Below, piece after piece: positions 34,691 through 47,085 of a stretch of DNA of 64,000 bases. Made by a program: the position numbers and the translations under genes. The DNA lies in NCBI GenBank assembly GCA_001179505.1, contig CDMY01000447.1, forward strand, positions 124,001 through 188,000, written 5' to 3'. Numbering within the stretch: the stretch's first letter is position 1; the number at the start of each line of letters is the position of its first letter. The notes under the pieces were generated by a model that did no database searches, was not told the DNA's origin, and saw nothing but the letters and a program-made list of their open reading frames with translations. This DNA comes from Vitrella brassicaformis CCMP3155. Taxonomy: Eukaryota > Protista > Chromerida.

Positions 34691-35857
34691 TCATTCCATG
34701 TCATCCACAGACATCCCCCTGGCCACCTCCCCACTGGCACTGCGCCGCATCTCCTCACGGTCACCGTACAAACTCCGCGGTGCCGCCACCGTCACTTGAC
34801 CAAATGCAGGACCGGCAAACCCCTCACCCCCAGGCCCGCACGATGGACCCTGCTGCTGCCTCTGGGGCGCCTGAGGAGGGGCGATGATGACCGGTGGCAC
34901 CGACGGGAACACAAACGAGCCCGCTAAAGCTCCCGGCGACATAGGAGGTAATGGAGGGGAGGATGGAGCCGCCACGGGGGCCGGGGGGAGGGGAATGGCA
35001 ATGGACGGGGGTGACAGGATGGCCGCAGGCAAAGGATCGACTGGCAAGGGGGGCAGGGTGGGCTGGGGGGGAAGCAGGCGATCCCGCGACACGCGCCGAC
35101 GGATGGGCTGTTGCTGCCGCTCCTCCGAGCTGTTGCTGCGCATAGGCATGTCGCCCCAGTTGAACGCGTCACTCGGCAGCTCGGTCTCCATGTCGGCGTC
35201 CCTCTTGTTGCCATTGTTGCCGTTGGTGGCACGGCCCGCCAGCACCTCCTCAGGTGGCGTGTAAGGGATGATCTGGAGCATCTCGTAGCCCTCGCCACTG
35301 CCCTTCTTCAGAGCCGCCTGAAAGGCCCGATGCAGCTGTTCGTGCAGCGGCCCAGGGAGCGGCGCCCGAGGCCGCATCGACGAGGGCCCTGGCCGGCTCA
35401 TTAGGCATTCCTTGAGGGATTCCTCGTTCTCGACCTCAGCGATAAGGGACTCCATGGAGCGCGAGCTGCTGTGGGGGATGATAGCACGCGACTGGCGCCT
35501 GTCGTCTTCTGCCGCGTCCGTCATGGCCGCATCCCCACTGCCCTCCTCCGACCGCTGCGAGAACAGAGAGCTGGTCCGGTCGACGCCATCAGTGCGATAA
35601 AGAGGCGTCGGCGCGTCATCTGTCGCCTCGTCGCCATTGGTCCGCATAGCCTCCTCGTCTTGCTGCATGTGTGCAGAGGGTGGGACGGCCGAGCTGACAT
35701 CGGTGTACTGCTCCAGCCGCAGCCGCTTGGCAAGGTTGCTGGCGAGCGCGGCTTCTTCGGACGATTGGTTGAGGTCGACGAGTAGGCGAGTGCGCTTCGC
35801 CATAGTGGGACTGATGCCACCTGTGCCGCTGGTTAAGCCTCGACGATGGCCACTCAT
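34691..35857 (-). CDS. Intronless hypothetical low-complexity/Pro-rich protein, possibly nuclear (AKRTR, AKRLRLE)
   Basis: 432-aa ORF 34691..35989; the likely start is ATG at 35857 (MSGHRRG...). Codon-like composition with no microsatellites. Confidence 0.7.
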   Translation of the reverse strand: MSGHRRGLTSGTGGISPTMAKRTRLLVDLNQSSEEAALASNLAKRLRLEQYTDVSSAVPPSAHMQQDEEAMRTNGDEATDDAPTPLYRTDGVDRTSSLFSQRSEEGSGDAAMTDAAEDDRRQSRAIIPHSSSRSMESLIAEVENEESLKECLMSRPGPSSMRPRAPLPGPLHEQLHRAFQAALKKGSGEGYEMLQIIPYTPPEEVLAGRATNGNNGNKRDADMETELPSDAFNWGDMPMRSNSSEERQQQPIRRRVSRDRLLPPQPTLPPLPVDPLPAAILSPPSIAIPLPPAPVAAPSSPPLPPMSPGALAGSFVFPSVPPVIIAPPQAPQRQQQGPSCGPGGEGFAGPAFGQVTVAAPRSLYGDREEMRRSASGEVARGMSVDDME

Positions 35858-36145
35858 TGACGGCAGCGGATGAAAACGACAATGCCGTGCTGTGGTCCTC
35901 CTCCTTCTCCCTTCCCTTCTCCACTGCGAGCTGTGGGGCAGAAGACTGGGGGCATTCCCGAGACTGCGGGCTGATTTTGGCCTCCGCAAGGAGCTGGGGA
36001 AGGCCCTATCCCATTAAGGCAGCACAGGAGAAAGGAGATCTGAGTTGCCGGGCGCCAATTATCCCCTTTTTTCATCCTGGTGTTTGTCCGGTGAGCCTGA
36101 CCGATGTCGCGCGTGTCTGGTGCCGGGGGCGGCGCTGACCAGCCC

Positions 36146-39100
36146 GAATGGATGAGACTCGCACGTAGGCAGGAGGAGGGCCGGGAGGGAGGGAGGGAGG
36201 GACGGAGGGAGGGAGGGGGTGGTGACGTGAATTCTGGTTTATCTTTCTTCGTGTGTGGCCCAGAGGGCGTTGGCTCTGAGTACATCAACGTTCCCATACC
36301 AGGTGAAGCAAAGACGAGGGAGCCATAGAGAGGATGAGACGCCGTCATCACATTCAGGGACCAAAGATCTCTCTTCATGTGTGTGTGGTGTGTCTCAGGC
36401 CGTGTAGTTCACCGCAGCCGCTCACAGCCTCGAGAGGAGCCGGTGGGGCAGGGCCGAGCCAACGTGCCGCAGGATCGCAGCGACAGCGCAGGAACTGCCC
36501 CACCCAGGGTGATGAGGGAGGCAAAACCAGTAGAGCTGGATACGGGCGCTGTGAAGCGGCTCGCAAACGAGGGCGTCATCGTGGTCAGTACAGCCGAGGG
36601 AGGGAGACACGTGTCTCGCCTTCCACACGACCCCGCCTTGATGTCTGTCTGTCTGTCTGTCTGTCTGTCGATTGTCAGCAATTGTGGCTGGAAGAGGAGC
36701 AGGTCTTCCACCGGTGCAAGCTGAACGTGTCCAGGGACTTCGACTTCATCCTGTTCTCCGCAACCAAGGAAGGCGACCCTCTGCAGACCCCCATAGAGCT
36801 GTCCACCGACAGGATCCAGATGGTTTACTACGGCGACAAAGCCCCCGGCCATGTCGACGGCCGCGTAAACCTCACCCTCATGCCGCCCCATGCGAAGCCC
36901 ATCTTTATCAAAATCCGGGAGGGTGACGGCGCCCCCCTGTCATTGTGGTTCATGTACCTGACTCGGGCCGAACCGCATGAAGTGCGCAAGACAGCCGATG
37001 GAGTCATGCACGCTGTGCTGAAGACTGCGGAAATGGGCGGGCGCATCACCGGGCCCATGTTGGAAGAATACGTGCGGTGAGCAAGGAGCTCGCTTTGGGC
37101 GAGTGACTCGGGAGCGTGCTCTGCTCTGTGTGTCTCCTTCTTCCTGTGCTGCAGCAACCGTCCTTTGCGCGATTCGCTGCGCCCCGGGCCAGTGGATCAC
37201 CTGGAGCCGCCCGCCACGCCCGGAAGCCTCAGAATCGTCAACCTGCAAGAAGTCAGCCGGCCATCAATAAGACACATACATCTGCAGATGCGCATGATGT
37301 GATGTCCTCGCTGGTATACCAGATAGTGGCATTGTTCTCGGGGGGTCGGGGTGGTACCGAGGCATCCCTCGGTGCCCCCGTCCTTCAGTTTGAGTTGACG
37401 CCCCCAGCTGGGGCGCCCACCGCGACGCCCGGGCCGCTCCTGCTGGACATACCGCTGCGCAGCCTGCGGGACGTACCCAGGCCGCCGCAGATCGAAGCCA
37501 TTGTCAGTCCATCCACAGCCTGGAAATTCGTGGATGTGTCACACGCACACACGACCCTATTTGTTCCCTGTGCGTGTGTGTGCAGGTACGTGACTTCATG
37601 GTGAAGCACTTGCCGTCTCTCATGGTGCTTTCCGACAACACCATCACGGTGTCGCGAGTGAACGACGCGATCGACGCATACCTGATGGCGGCTCACTACG
37701 AGAGTGTCGCTGTCGCCCTCAGTGTACTGTGATCGATTCATCAAGGCTCTACTCTCTCTTCCTCCCTCCCTCAGGCCGCGTTGAACAACATAAGCGATGA
37801 CGATGAGGTGCTGGTCAGAGAGTTCCATGGCAGGGACACCACACAGCTGGAGTAAGACGTCACGACACCCCCACCCTCTTTCCACCTGAACAAAGATCCT
37901 GTCCTGTGCTGTGCTGTGCTGTGCTGTGTGTATCGTCCAGCGAGTTTCAGAACCAGCTTCACAGCCTGTACAGCCACCTGGAAGGCAGCATCCACCCTTT
38001 GAACGAACCCAGTAGCCGTCACCGGGTCATGTACATGGTGCGTCAAGTGCCCACCCCACCAGCCGACAGACAGACTGACTGACAGACATCAGACGCCTTC
38101 ACCATACCTGCCTGACATGGCTGGCTCCGTCTCCTTGTTGTCAGATTCAGACGTTCAAGGAAGAGTTGGAGCTCGAGCTGCACATGCGCCAGCAGCGGGA
38201 TCGCGAGCGGTGAGCCGAGCTGAACTGAAGTGGAAAGCATCGACGCCACATCTATCTTTTCACTGACGCCCCCACCCATTGATTACATGCATATTCCCCA
38301 ATAGTGCGTCGGCTGGGACCACCCGCGCACCGGCAGATGAGGAAGAGGAGGCGGTGCATCGCCATGAGCGTGAGCTGGAGGCGCAGGAGCCTCCGGCGGA
38401 CAGACGGGTCGGTCGGCTGCATACGATGGAGGGTACGACGCCAGACAGACAAGAATGGGTGTGGCCAATGTAACTGCTTGAGATGGGGTGGTGGGGTGGA
38501 TGGTCTTGGTCTTGTTTGCAGAACACACCCGCCAGACCACGCCGCCCCGTGCGCGAGGTATCAACTCTGTGCATCCGTCAGATCTATCTCTCTCTTGGTG
38601 TGTCGGTCAATGGGCCAAATATGATATGATATGCAGGTTTTGACGATACACAGGTGTTGCGGCCCCGCGTGTCTCCCGATCAACAGCCGTACACAGTGCA
38701 GAAAGGTCAGCCAGCCAGGCAGGCCAGAGAGAAACAGACAGACAGGAGAGGAGACACCACAACAACATCTCTCTGCTTTTGTGCACCTACCTACAGAGTT
38801 TGGCCCGCCCATGCCCAACCGCGACACGACCACGACCAACTTCACCCAGCTGCCCCGGGACGCCACCCCGCAGCAGCAGTACGTCCCCGACTTCAGTTTC
38901 GGCCCAGCTGCAGCGGCGCACGCCACCATGGCTCCCGCCATGGCCGTCGGCCGCCCGCCTCCCGGCCCATCACGCTACCCTCAACTCCACCCTGTCGGCC
39001 AGCGGGGCGCACCCACCATCCCGCCAGGCGGCGAGAAACTCAAGCAAGGGGTGGACGGCCGCGGGGATGGGCGTGAGGGGGACCGTGGGGCAATGGGGCG

Positions 39101-39404
39101 TCGCCAGCACGCCTACCATGGCCCGGGAGACGAGGATGAGGAGGTGGGGTCGCCTCACGACTGGCGGCAGCGGTCGGGCGGCCTGTTGACGCCGAGCGAT
39201 GAGCGGCAGCCACTAAGGGGCCGGTCGCGCCGTGTGTCGCCCACGACGTCGCGTGGGCGTCCCGAGGCGCAGTTGTCACGTCGCCAGCAGCCGGCGGCCA
39301 AGAAGCGGCCGCAAGAGCAGGAGCAGGAGCCACCTGGTATCTGCGAGAGGCTGTTCGGCAGCCGCAACTGTGCGTGGTGTGCACAGCGATGCCCACTCAT
39401 GTGA
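36146..39404 (+). CDS. Hypothetical multi-exon protein with PH-like beta-rich segments, a coiled coil and a C-terminal CaaX (CPLM); start uncertain
   Basis: Frame-consistent exons LWLEEEQVFHRCKLNVSRDFDFILFS..., DTTQLD|EFQNQLHSLYSHLEG...RVMYM|IQTFKEELELELHMRQQRDRE, ending in RNCAWCAQRCPLM* at 39404. Confidence 0.6.
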
Positions 39405-39879
39405 AGGGGGACAGAGACAGAGAGAAAGGGACACGGTTGACTGACTGACTGGCTGGTTGGCTAGCTGGCTGGATTATTGAGTGCCTGCGTGGATGGATGG
39501 TAGTGACTGGATGAGTAGGAAGAGTGCGCTCGTCTTTTTCTTTTGTGCGGTCTGTCTGTCTGTCTGTCTGTCTGTCCGGCATAGGGTGGACTGAGTCGCT
39601 TGGAGAGAATGATGATTATGGAAGGATGGATGGAGTGAGTGGAATGGGAAGGAACACAAACTGATTGAGACAGGGAACTGATCGGTCAACTAGCGGATTG
39701 GAACGTTCCCTCCATATCACGTATGTATCATCTGATACGTCTGTTCTGTTCGTTGGTCGGTCTATACACACACACACACACACACGTGTGCAGACTGGCG
39801 CAGGCAGGCCGGGCTCGCCCCCTCACACCAGACCGATCGGTTTTCTGTCTGTCTGCCGATTGGTCGATCTGTCGTGTGT

Positions 39880-41755
39880 TGTGCTATGTTGTGTCGTTCT
39901 TGTTCTGCGGGAACATGGCGTCAGCGATGGCCTGGATGATCGTCTGCTTGTTCTGGCCCTTGTGCACACCCTGCACGCCGTGAATCTGCACACACACACA
40001 CACACACACACATGCATCAGTGAGTCAGTCAGTGCACACCACGCGTGTGGCGGTGTCTGTCTGTCTGTCTGTCTGTCCGCCGCATCCCGGCCACCCACCT
40101 TGGCGAACTGCAGTAGCTGGTCCTTTCTGTAGTTGTCGACCCACTCACACGACATCTCCCCACGGCTCACAGGCATCGCCTACACATCAAGCACAGCGGA
40201 TGTGATGCCGTCGTGAGTGATCCTCCTTCTCCTGATCCCGCCCCCCTCCCTTGCCTGAGCTGAGCTCCCTCTCCTCTCTCACCGGCATGATGACGGCATC
40301 GAGCATGCTCCTCTTCTTCCTAGCGGCACGGCCGTCGTCCACCATCTCATCATAGGCACCATCCTCCTCCTCCTCCTTGACACCCCGCTCCCCAACACGG
40401 GCGCCACGCTTAATGCCCTGACGTGACACACACATACACACACACACACACACACGAAGACCGTAGATCGATTCACTCACATATGGATGTGGATCAGGTG
40501 TTCGTTCTGTCACCTACCTTGGTAGCCTTGCTGTCCGTGTCCATGCGCTCTGCGTCACTGTTGGCCGCCTCATCCGCCGCCACTGCCTTGCCGCCATGGT
40601 CGTCTGCGGCTCTGGTGCTCTTGGCCTTGCCGTCCTTGCTCTCCTTCTGGGCCTTGTTGTCAGCCTGCATGGCCGTCAGCAGGTTCCTGAGCTTCTTCTC
40701 GGCAGCTGCGGCCTTCTCGGCAGACGCCTCGGCAACCCTCACACGATCCGACAACTGAGCGCATCTCACACACGCACACACACACACACACACACTCTCT
40801 TTTGGCTGAGTGGATTAGAGTCGGCAGGTAGGAATGTCTGTGTGCGCATGTGGGTGGAGTGTGCGATCAATGTGTACACACCGCACCGCACCGTACCCCA
40901 CCTGTGCGATGTGTTTGTGAGCGGCAGATTTCTCCTCAGACAACTTAGCCATGTCGTCGACAACCTGACACACGCACAACAATGTGATAACAATGCGCCA
41001 CTTGCTGGCTGATGGGCCCATTGTGCCGTCCCCTCCCCGGCCGGCTCACACAGACAGACGGACGTACCTTATCGTATTTGTGTTTGAGCGCCTCGTGAGC
41101 GGTGAGCTGTGCCTTGAGTGCCTTGACCTCCTCCTCCAGCGACGCAACCTTCACACGCTCGGCAGACAGAGCCTTGTTGTGCCTGCCAGAAGTGCAGTGC
41201 AGTGCACCAGAATGTCGGTTGGTCACATCCGTGTCTGTCTGTCTGCCGGTACGTCTGTGTGTGGGATAGGATAGGATGTATGTGTGTCTACGTAAGTACT
41301 CACTCGTCCTGTGTGCGGATGTTGTCCTTTGCGATGGCCTGACGCACCATCTGCTCCGCCAACTTGAGCTTCTGGTGGTCACACAACATACACAACACAC
41401 ACACACACACAGAGAAAAGGCCGATGCGTGACACATACCATCGTTGTGTCGATCACGCACCTCATGCGTCTGCTGGCTGTGGTGGTAGTCGGCGTGGCGC
41501 ACCACCGCATTCCACTGCTGCGTCACGACCTGCAGATGACCCTCAAAGTCCTGGACATCGTCAAACGACAACACAAACGCACGCCATCATTGCAGTTAAC
41601 CATTCATTGCAACGACACACACATGCCGGCGCCCCTCCCCTCAGAGTCTCCTGCATGCCCACCTGCACAGTCATGTGCTTCTTGGCCCAGTCCTGCGGCT
41701 GGCGCAGCGGACTCTTGGGCTTCTCCACGCGGGACCACACACTCAGGTAGTCCAT
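39880..41755 (-). CDS. Hypothetical coiled-coil protein with a C-terminal Rho_N/SAP-like helix-extension-helix; 3' end approximate
   Basis: Start MDYLSVWSRVEKPK (ATG at 41755). Heptad-rich exons KVASLEEEVKALKAQL and RVAEASAEKAAAAEKKLRNLL. Terminal segment WVDNYRKDQLLQFAK|IHGVQGVHKGQNKQTIIQAIADAMFP. Confidence 0.6.
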
Positions 41756-41769
41756 CTTGGGGGGGGGGG

Positions 41770-42069
41770 NNNNNNNNNNNNNNNNNNNNNNNNNNNNNNN
41801 NNNNNNNNNNNNNNNNNNNNNNNNNNNNNNNNNNNNNNNNNNNNNNNNNNNNNNNNNNNNNNNNNNNNNNNNNNNNNNNNNNNNNNNNNNNNNNNNNNNN
41901 NNNNNNNNNNNNNNNNNNNNNNNNNNNNNNNNNNNNNNNNNNNNNNNNNNNNNNNNNNNNNNNNNNNNNNNNNNNNNNNNNNNNNNNNNNNNNNNNNNNN
42001 NNNNNNNNNNNNNNNNNNNNNNNNNNNNNNNNNNNNNNNNNNNNNNNNNNNNNNNNNNNNNNNNNNNNN
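41770..42069. other. Assembly gap (300 N) flanked on both sides by G homopolymers
   Basis: G11 at 41759-41769 and G12 at 42070-42081. Confidence 0.98.
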
Positions 42070-42262
42070 GGGGGGGGGGGGAGGGGGCCCTCACGAGGAA
42101 AGCTTGACGGGCGGCAGGCACGGTGGCGGGGTGCAAGAGTGCTGGAGCAAACCGGTCGCAAGTCGCGATGCGTAAACTCAAAAACCCTGACCCTAAGCCC
42201 AAACAGCAACAGGTGCCACTGCCGGTCTGCGGCGCATTCACCATTTCCTCACCACACTGGCG

Positions 42263-45200
42263 ATGAATTCGGCAGCCGTGAGGGATATCTCAGCGTTTCC
42301 GATGGAGATCCGGTGCCGCATCTTTCGATACTATGCAACCATGCGCACGATGCGCAGCCAGAAGCGAAAGCCATTCATCCCGACTGACCAGCCCACCTCG
42401 GGGAAGCACGAGGAGCCCATCTATCTGACTGGCACCTTCCCTGCGCCTCACCAGCCGCCGTCCTCCCCTTCTAAATCCCCTTCTCCCAGCAAGACGAACA
42501 GTCCTCACGGTGCTGCCAAGCATGAGCCGAGAAGCTCGAGAGTGGAGCGGCCGATTCGGCTGCCCAACACCGCATCGTCATTCGCGTCGACCGCAAAGAG
42601 CAACCAGGCCAAAGCTGCGACGGCGAAGGCGCTTTCAGCAGAGGAGCCGGTCAGGCGGCGATCAACGACCCCCTCTGCCGACACTATCTCATTGCGTCCG
42701 GACATTTCGCGAGCCTGGACAAGGGAGGAGAAGAAGAAGCTGAGAGAGGAGATTCGGGCGCTCTTGCCGCCCGACAGCCAGCCCATGACACAGGCAGCGG
42801 AAGAGCAGCAGCGAGCGCAGGAGCGGCTGCTGCACACCCTTGGAGGGCTCAGCGAGGTCTATGACGCATCGCTCCTCAACCAGATCGCTGCTCGTGGCGA
42901 GGAGCCAGAGGTGACAAGACTCCGCCTCGAGCAGCTGGCCGCATCGCTATCGAACCTCGGCGACCTCATCCTTGCTTCGTCGGCTGATTTCCGCGCAACC
43001 GTCCTGCCCGACCACCCATTCCTTTCTGCCGCCATTGTGGCCATCCACCATGCCGCCAGATCGGCCCTACTCAGCCCCCAGGCGCTCGTCCACTCGATGG
43101 AGTTCCTTCTCTGCATGGGAGGCGCCCAGACGGCCACTCCATTGTCCTTCCTGCTGCACCAGCTGCTCCCTCTGCTGCCCTCCCTGCCGACGGCCGATGC
43201 CTCCCGCCTGCTAAGAGGCGTCGCGAGGCACCCCGTCCTAGCGCAACAACCGCAGATATGGGACTGGCTGGTGACGAATGCGGCCGAGCAGGTGCCTGAG
43301 GTTGCTACGGATGGTCTGGTGGAGCTGATGGGTGCTCTGGGGGAGGCCGAGTGTGCTGACGTGGACCTGTCGCGTGTGTCGGTGATGATCCGGGATCTGC
43401 TTGACTGCGGGTGGATCGCCCAGCTGCCTGTGAGGGGTGTGGCGAGCGTCCTCTTCTCGGTCGGCAAGGCCGGCATGGTGGACGGAGATGTGCTGGACGG
43501 CGTGTGCGCCATCCTGCTGCCGCTGCTGCCCTTTGTGACGCCATCTGAGGCGCAGTCGCTGCTGATGACACTGGCGCTTCACAAGAGTCTGTATGACAAC
43601 GCGGGAGTGGTGCCCAACCCCATCTACCGGCCTGCCCCGGGCAGACTGGTCAAGGCGCTGACACGACGGGTCACCAAGGAGATGGAGTGGATGACGCTCG
43701 AGAGAGCCACGCCCCTCTGCCTCACCGTCTCGATGCTCGGCCGGGGTAAGGACGCTCTCAAGGCCCTCGTCACCGCACGGGTCCTCAAGGGAGGCCTGCC
43801 GGCCATCCAGGCCCTCCCGACCGGCACATACGTAACCCTCCTCTACTCCCTCTACCACATGGCCATCTACAAGGGCTTCCACCCAGATCTCCCCCTGCCG
43901 CTCCTCGAGGCCTTCCCGGCACACCTGCCCAAAATGTCCCCCCGGCAGATCGCGACGTCGCTGGAGAGCCTGAAGCCCGTCACCGCCAAGAGGCTGGCGG
44001 CCCCACTGCTGCCCGCCTTCTACGACTTGGCGCAGCACATTCACTGGCAGCTTCGGGGTGGGGGAGGTGAGGCGGGTGATGTGTTGGCTGGGCGGCGTCT
44101 GACGCCGACAGAGATCATATCAGTGCTCAAGATCTATGGAGAGCTCAAATTCAAAGACAGGTGCGGACGCGAGTGCGACATAGCGCTTCGTGACGGAGTG
44201 TATTTGTGTTCTGTTTGTGTCACATCAGAGGTCCGCTTTGCTCCATCCTGGACACCATCACCGCTGTTGTCACACCCCCACCACTCCGTCCCCTGCTCGG
44301 CGAGTCGTCGTCCGTCTCTGCCGCTGGCGTACTGGACGTGTCGGTCAGCCCCCAACCGGCACCCTCGCCCTTCCTGGCCAAGCTCGGCCTCCCTCAGCTG
44401 TGCGACCTGCTGGAGGTGTATGCCCTTACCAAATCCATCAGGTGGATCGCTGGCACATGACACAGATGGATGGATGGATGGATCGTTGTGTCGGGGCTGT
44501 GAGTGTGCAGGACGCAGGCAGTACTGGAGGCGCTTGACCGGCGGCTTGAGGCGAGCAGCAACAGCATCTCGCCGACCAACCTGACAAGGATCCTCTGCCA
44601 CATGGCGACGCTGCAGACGTCATTCCCCCCGCTGGTGCGCCGGCTGTGTCGCCTTGTGGCCGACGAGACCATGGAGGCACCCCAAACGGATCAGTCCATC
44701 CAGATCCTCTGGTGGCTTGGCTACCTTCATCCACCCGGCGGATGACCAGTAATCATGCACTGGTGTTGTGTGTTTTCTGTGCAGGTCGCTTATCGGCTTG
44801 GACTGTTGGTCGACCGTCAGGGCCATTGCTTTGCCGACAGTCAAGATGGCGTAAGCAAGAGACAGACGGGCAGCCGGAAAAAAGTGGTTACCGTCATTTC
44901 TGCTGCGTCTTCTGCAGTCTCGATGAGTATGAGGATTTGCCGCGACAAAGCCACCTGTTGCTGTTCGAGAGTCTGTGTCAGCTGAGAGTCGCCATGCCCC
45001 CCCTCGCCCACCGGTGCCTCACCCTGTGTTCCAACTTCCCCGCCGTCCCCACCTACTCGGCCACGTCGCTGCCCATCCCGCCGCAGCTGATGGACACCAA
45101 CAGCAGCACCGACACCGACCAAGCTAGGTCGCCCCTCCGGGCCGTCGATGTGGACGAAGCACTCAAGACACTCAGCCCCGAGCCGTCGTCGGTCGGGGGC

Positions 45201-46717
45201 GGTGAGGATGTCATTCCTGAACTGACACCGATGGAAGAGGCCATGTTTGGGGAGGAGGGAGAGGTGGTTACGGGCGATGTGACGACTGATGTGGGCGATA
45301 GGCGGCTGCCTGAGTTGTCGTCGCTCGAGCGGAGAGTGGAGGACCTGCTCAGTGCGGCTGGAGGCGAGAAAGGGGTTGAGGAAAGGTCTGCATCAGACGA
45401 CGTCTCGTGGCTTGAGGACATCCACGGCCTTCTCGACACATTTGAGAGGGATAGTGGGTCGGCGGATGCTGAGCGTGAGGGAGCGCAGACCACCAAGCCT
45501 TTGCTCACCGACGACACACAGCAGCAAGAAGAGGTAGAAGACTTCGGATCGACCGATGAGACACCGCTGCCCGCTCACGTGCCACCACCAGGGGAGGACA
45601 TATGTGACACGTTCTCGATGCGGCACCTGCGGCTGGGTGGTGGGTCGGGCAGCAGCCTGCTGCTGCCGACGGGAGAGAACTCAGCGATGATCACGAGTGT
45701 CCTCACGGAGATGCAATTCGGTAGAGAGGACAGGACAGGACAGGAATTCAAAGGTACACTGTATCTGTTGTGCACGCGAACCTCTCGCTCTTCTGTCAGG
45801 CTGGCGATCGAGATCGAAGCACAAGCTTGCAACGGTGAGCCACACCACAGGCGGACGGGGCATGGTGTGATGTCGGCAGTTGTTGAAGAACATGTGTGTC
45901 GTGTCCTTCCCTTAAATGTCACTGCAGATGATGACTCCCCTGCACGAAACTGTCGGCGAGGTCCTCGGCAGCCTCAATATCGCAGCCGTACTCAGGTCCG
46001 ATTGCCACGACGGACGAGACAGACAGACAGACAGACAGGAGTCACAGCAATGAGTACTCACATGCCTCTTGTCTCAGGGAGTGCCCCCACCCGGGCGGTA
46101 TGATCGCCCAAGAGCACTGCCGCCCCTACGGCGGCTTCGCCATGCTGTGGCAAGCCGACCACGAGTACGTCATCGACCTCGCCCACCCCTTCACCAAAAT
46201 CGCCATCGTGCTGGTGGGCAACCACTCATTCGGCGCCATCAAGGACCAGCCAGGCGACAGCGACCACCTGCTGTGTGAGGCGGTGCTCAAGATGAAGTTC
46301 CTTCACGGCCTGCAGGGGTGGACCATCATCCCGCTGCGCAAGGAACAGATACGCGACGCCAGACGAGCTGGCGGGGGGTCTTCATCCCTCCACGCCGCTG
46401 TGGGGCGGGCAAACCGCAGACGGCCGGTGAGCCTTACCCATCTATATGGCCTAGAGGATACATCAGCTGAGGATGTGAGTGGGTTGCTGAAGCATGGTGG
46501 TGGTGGTGTTGGTTGGGAGGATGGGCTGTCACCGCTGCACGAGAGGCTGGATCGGGATAGGGTTGTGTTGCATGTGGCATCGCAGCTGTATGATGTGTTC
46601 CCGATGGACAGGAGCTTTCTGCAGAGATATGCGCACCTCACTGGCCTGCCTTCGCAGCTAGCTGGGGCAGGGCAGCAACCAACAGGGGAGGGAGGGAGGG
46701 AGGGAGGGAGGGACTGA
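42263..46717 (+). CDS. Helical-repeat RAP-domain protein (FASTK/RAP-like organellar RNA-binding protein)
   Basis: A long Leu-rich helical region precedes a C-terminal RAP signature: YVIDLAHPFTKIAIVLVGNHSF...LKMKFLHGLQGWTIIPLRKEQ. The N-terminus is basic and presequence-like. Confidence 0.8.
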
Positions 46718-47085
46718 ATGAGTGACTGCACTGCACTGCACACTTGCAACACACGTGCAGTGCAGTGCAGTGGCGATGTGTGGGTGGGTCCATGCCATGG
46801 CCATGGATGCTATGCTATGCTATGCGATTGTGAATAGACTGGCATACTACTTACTGCTCAATGTCCGATGATGATGAGCGAACCCCGTCTGCCTTTCACT
46901 TCCATCCATGTCTGTCTGTCCAAGCAGCTAACCAAGCCTCTCTCGCGAGATGCACGCACGCACGAAACCAACCCAATGCCGGAACGGCAAATGAAAGCCA
47001 ATCGCCCCCATGTCCACACAGCCCCAGCCCCGTCAAAACACACACACGCACAAATCTGCCTGTCTGCCTGCATCTGTGACATCCA

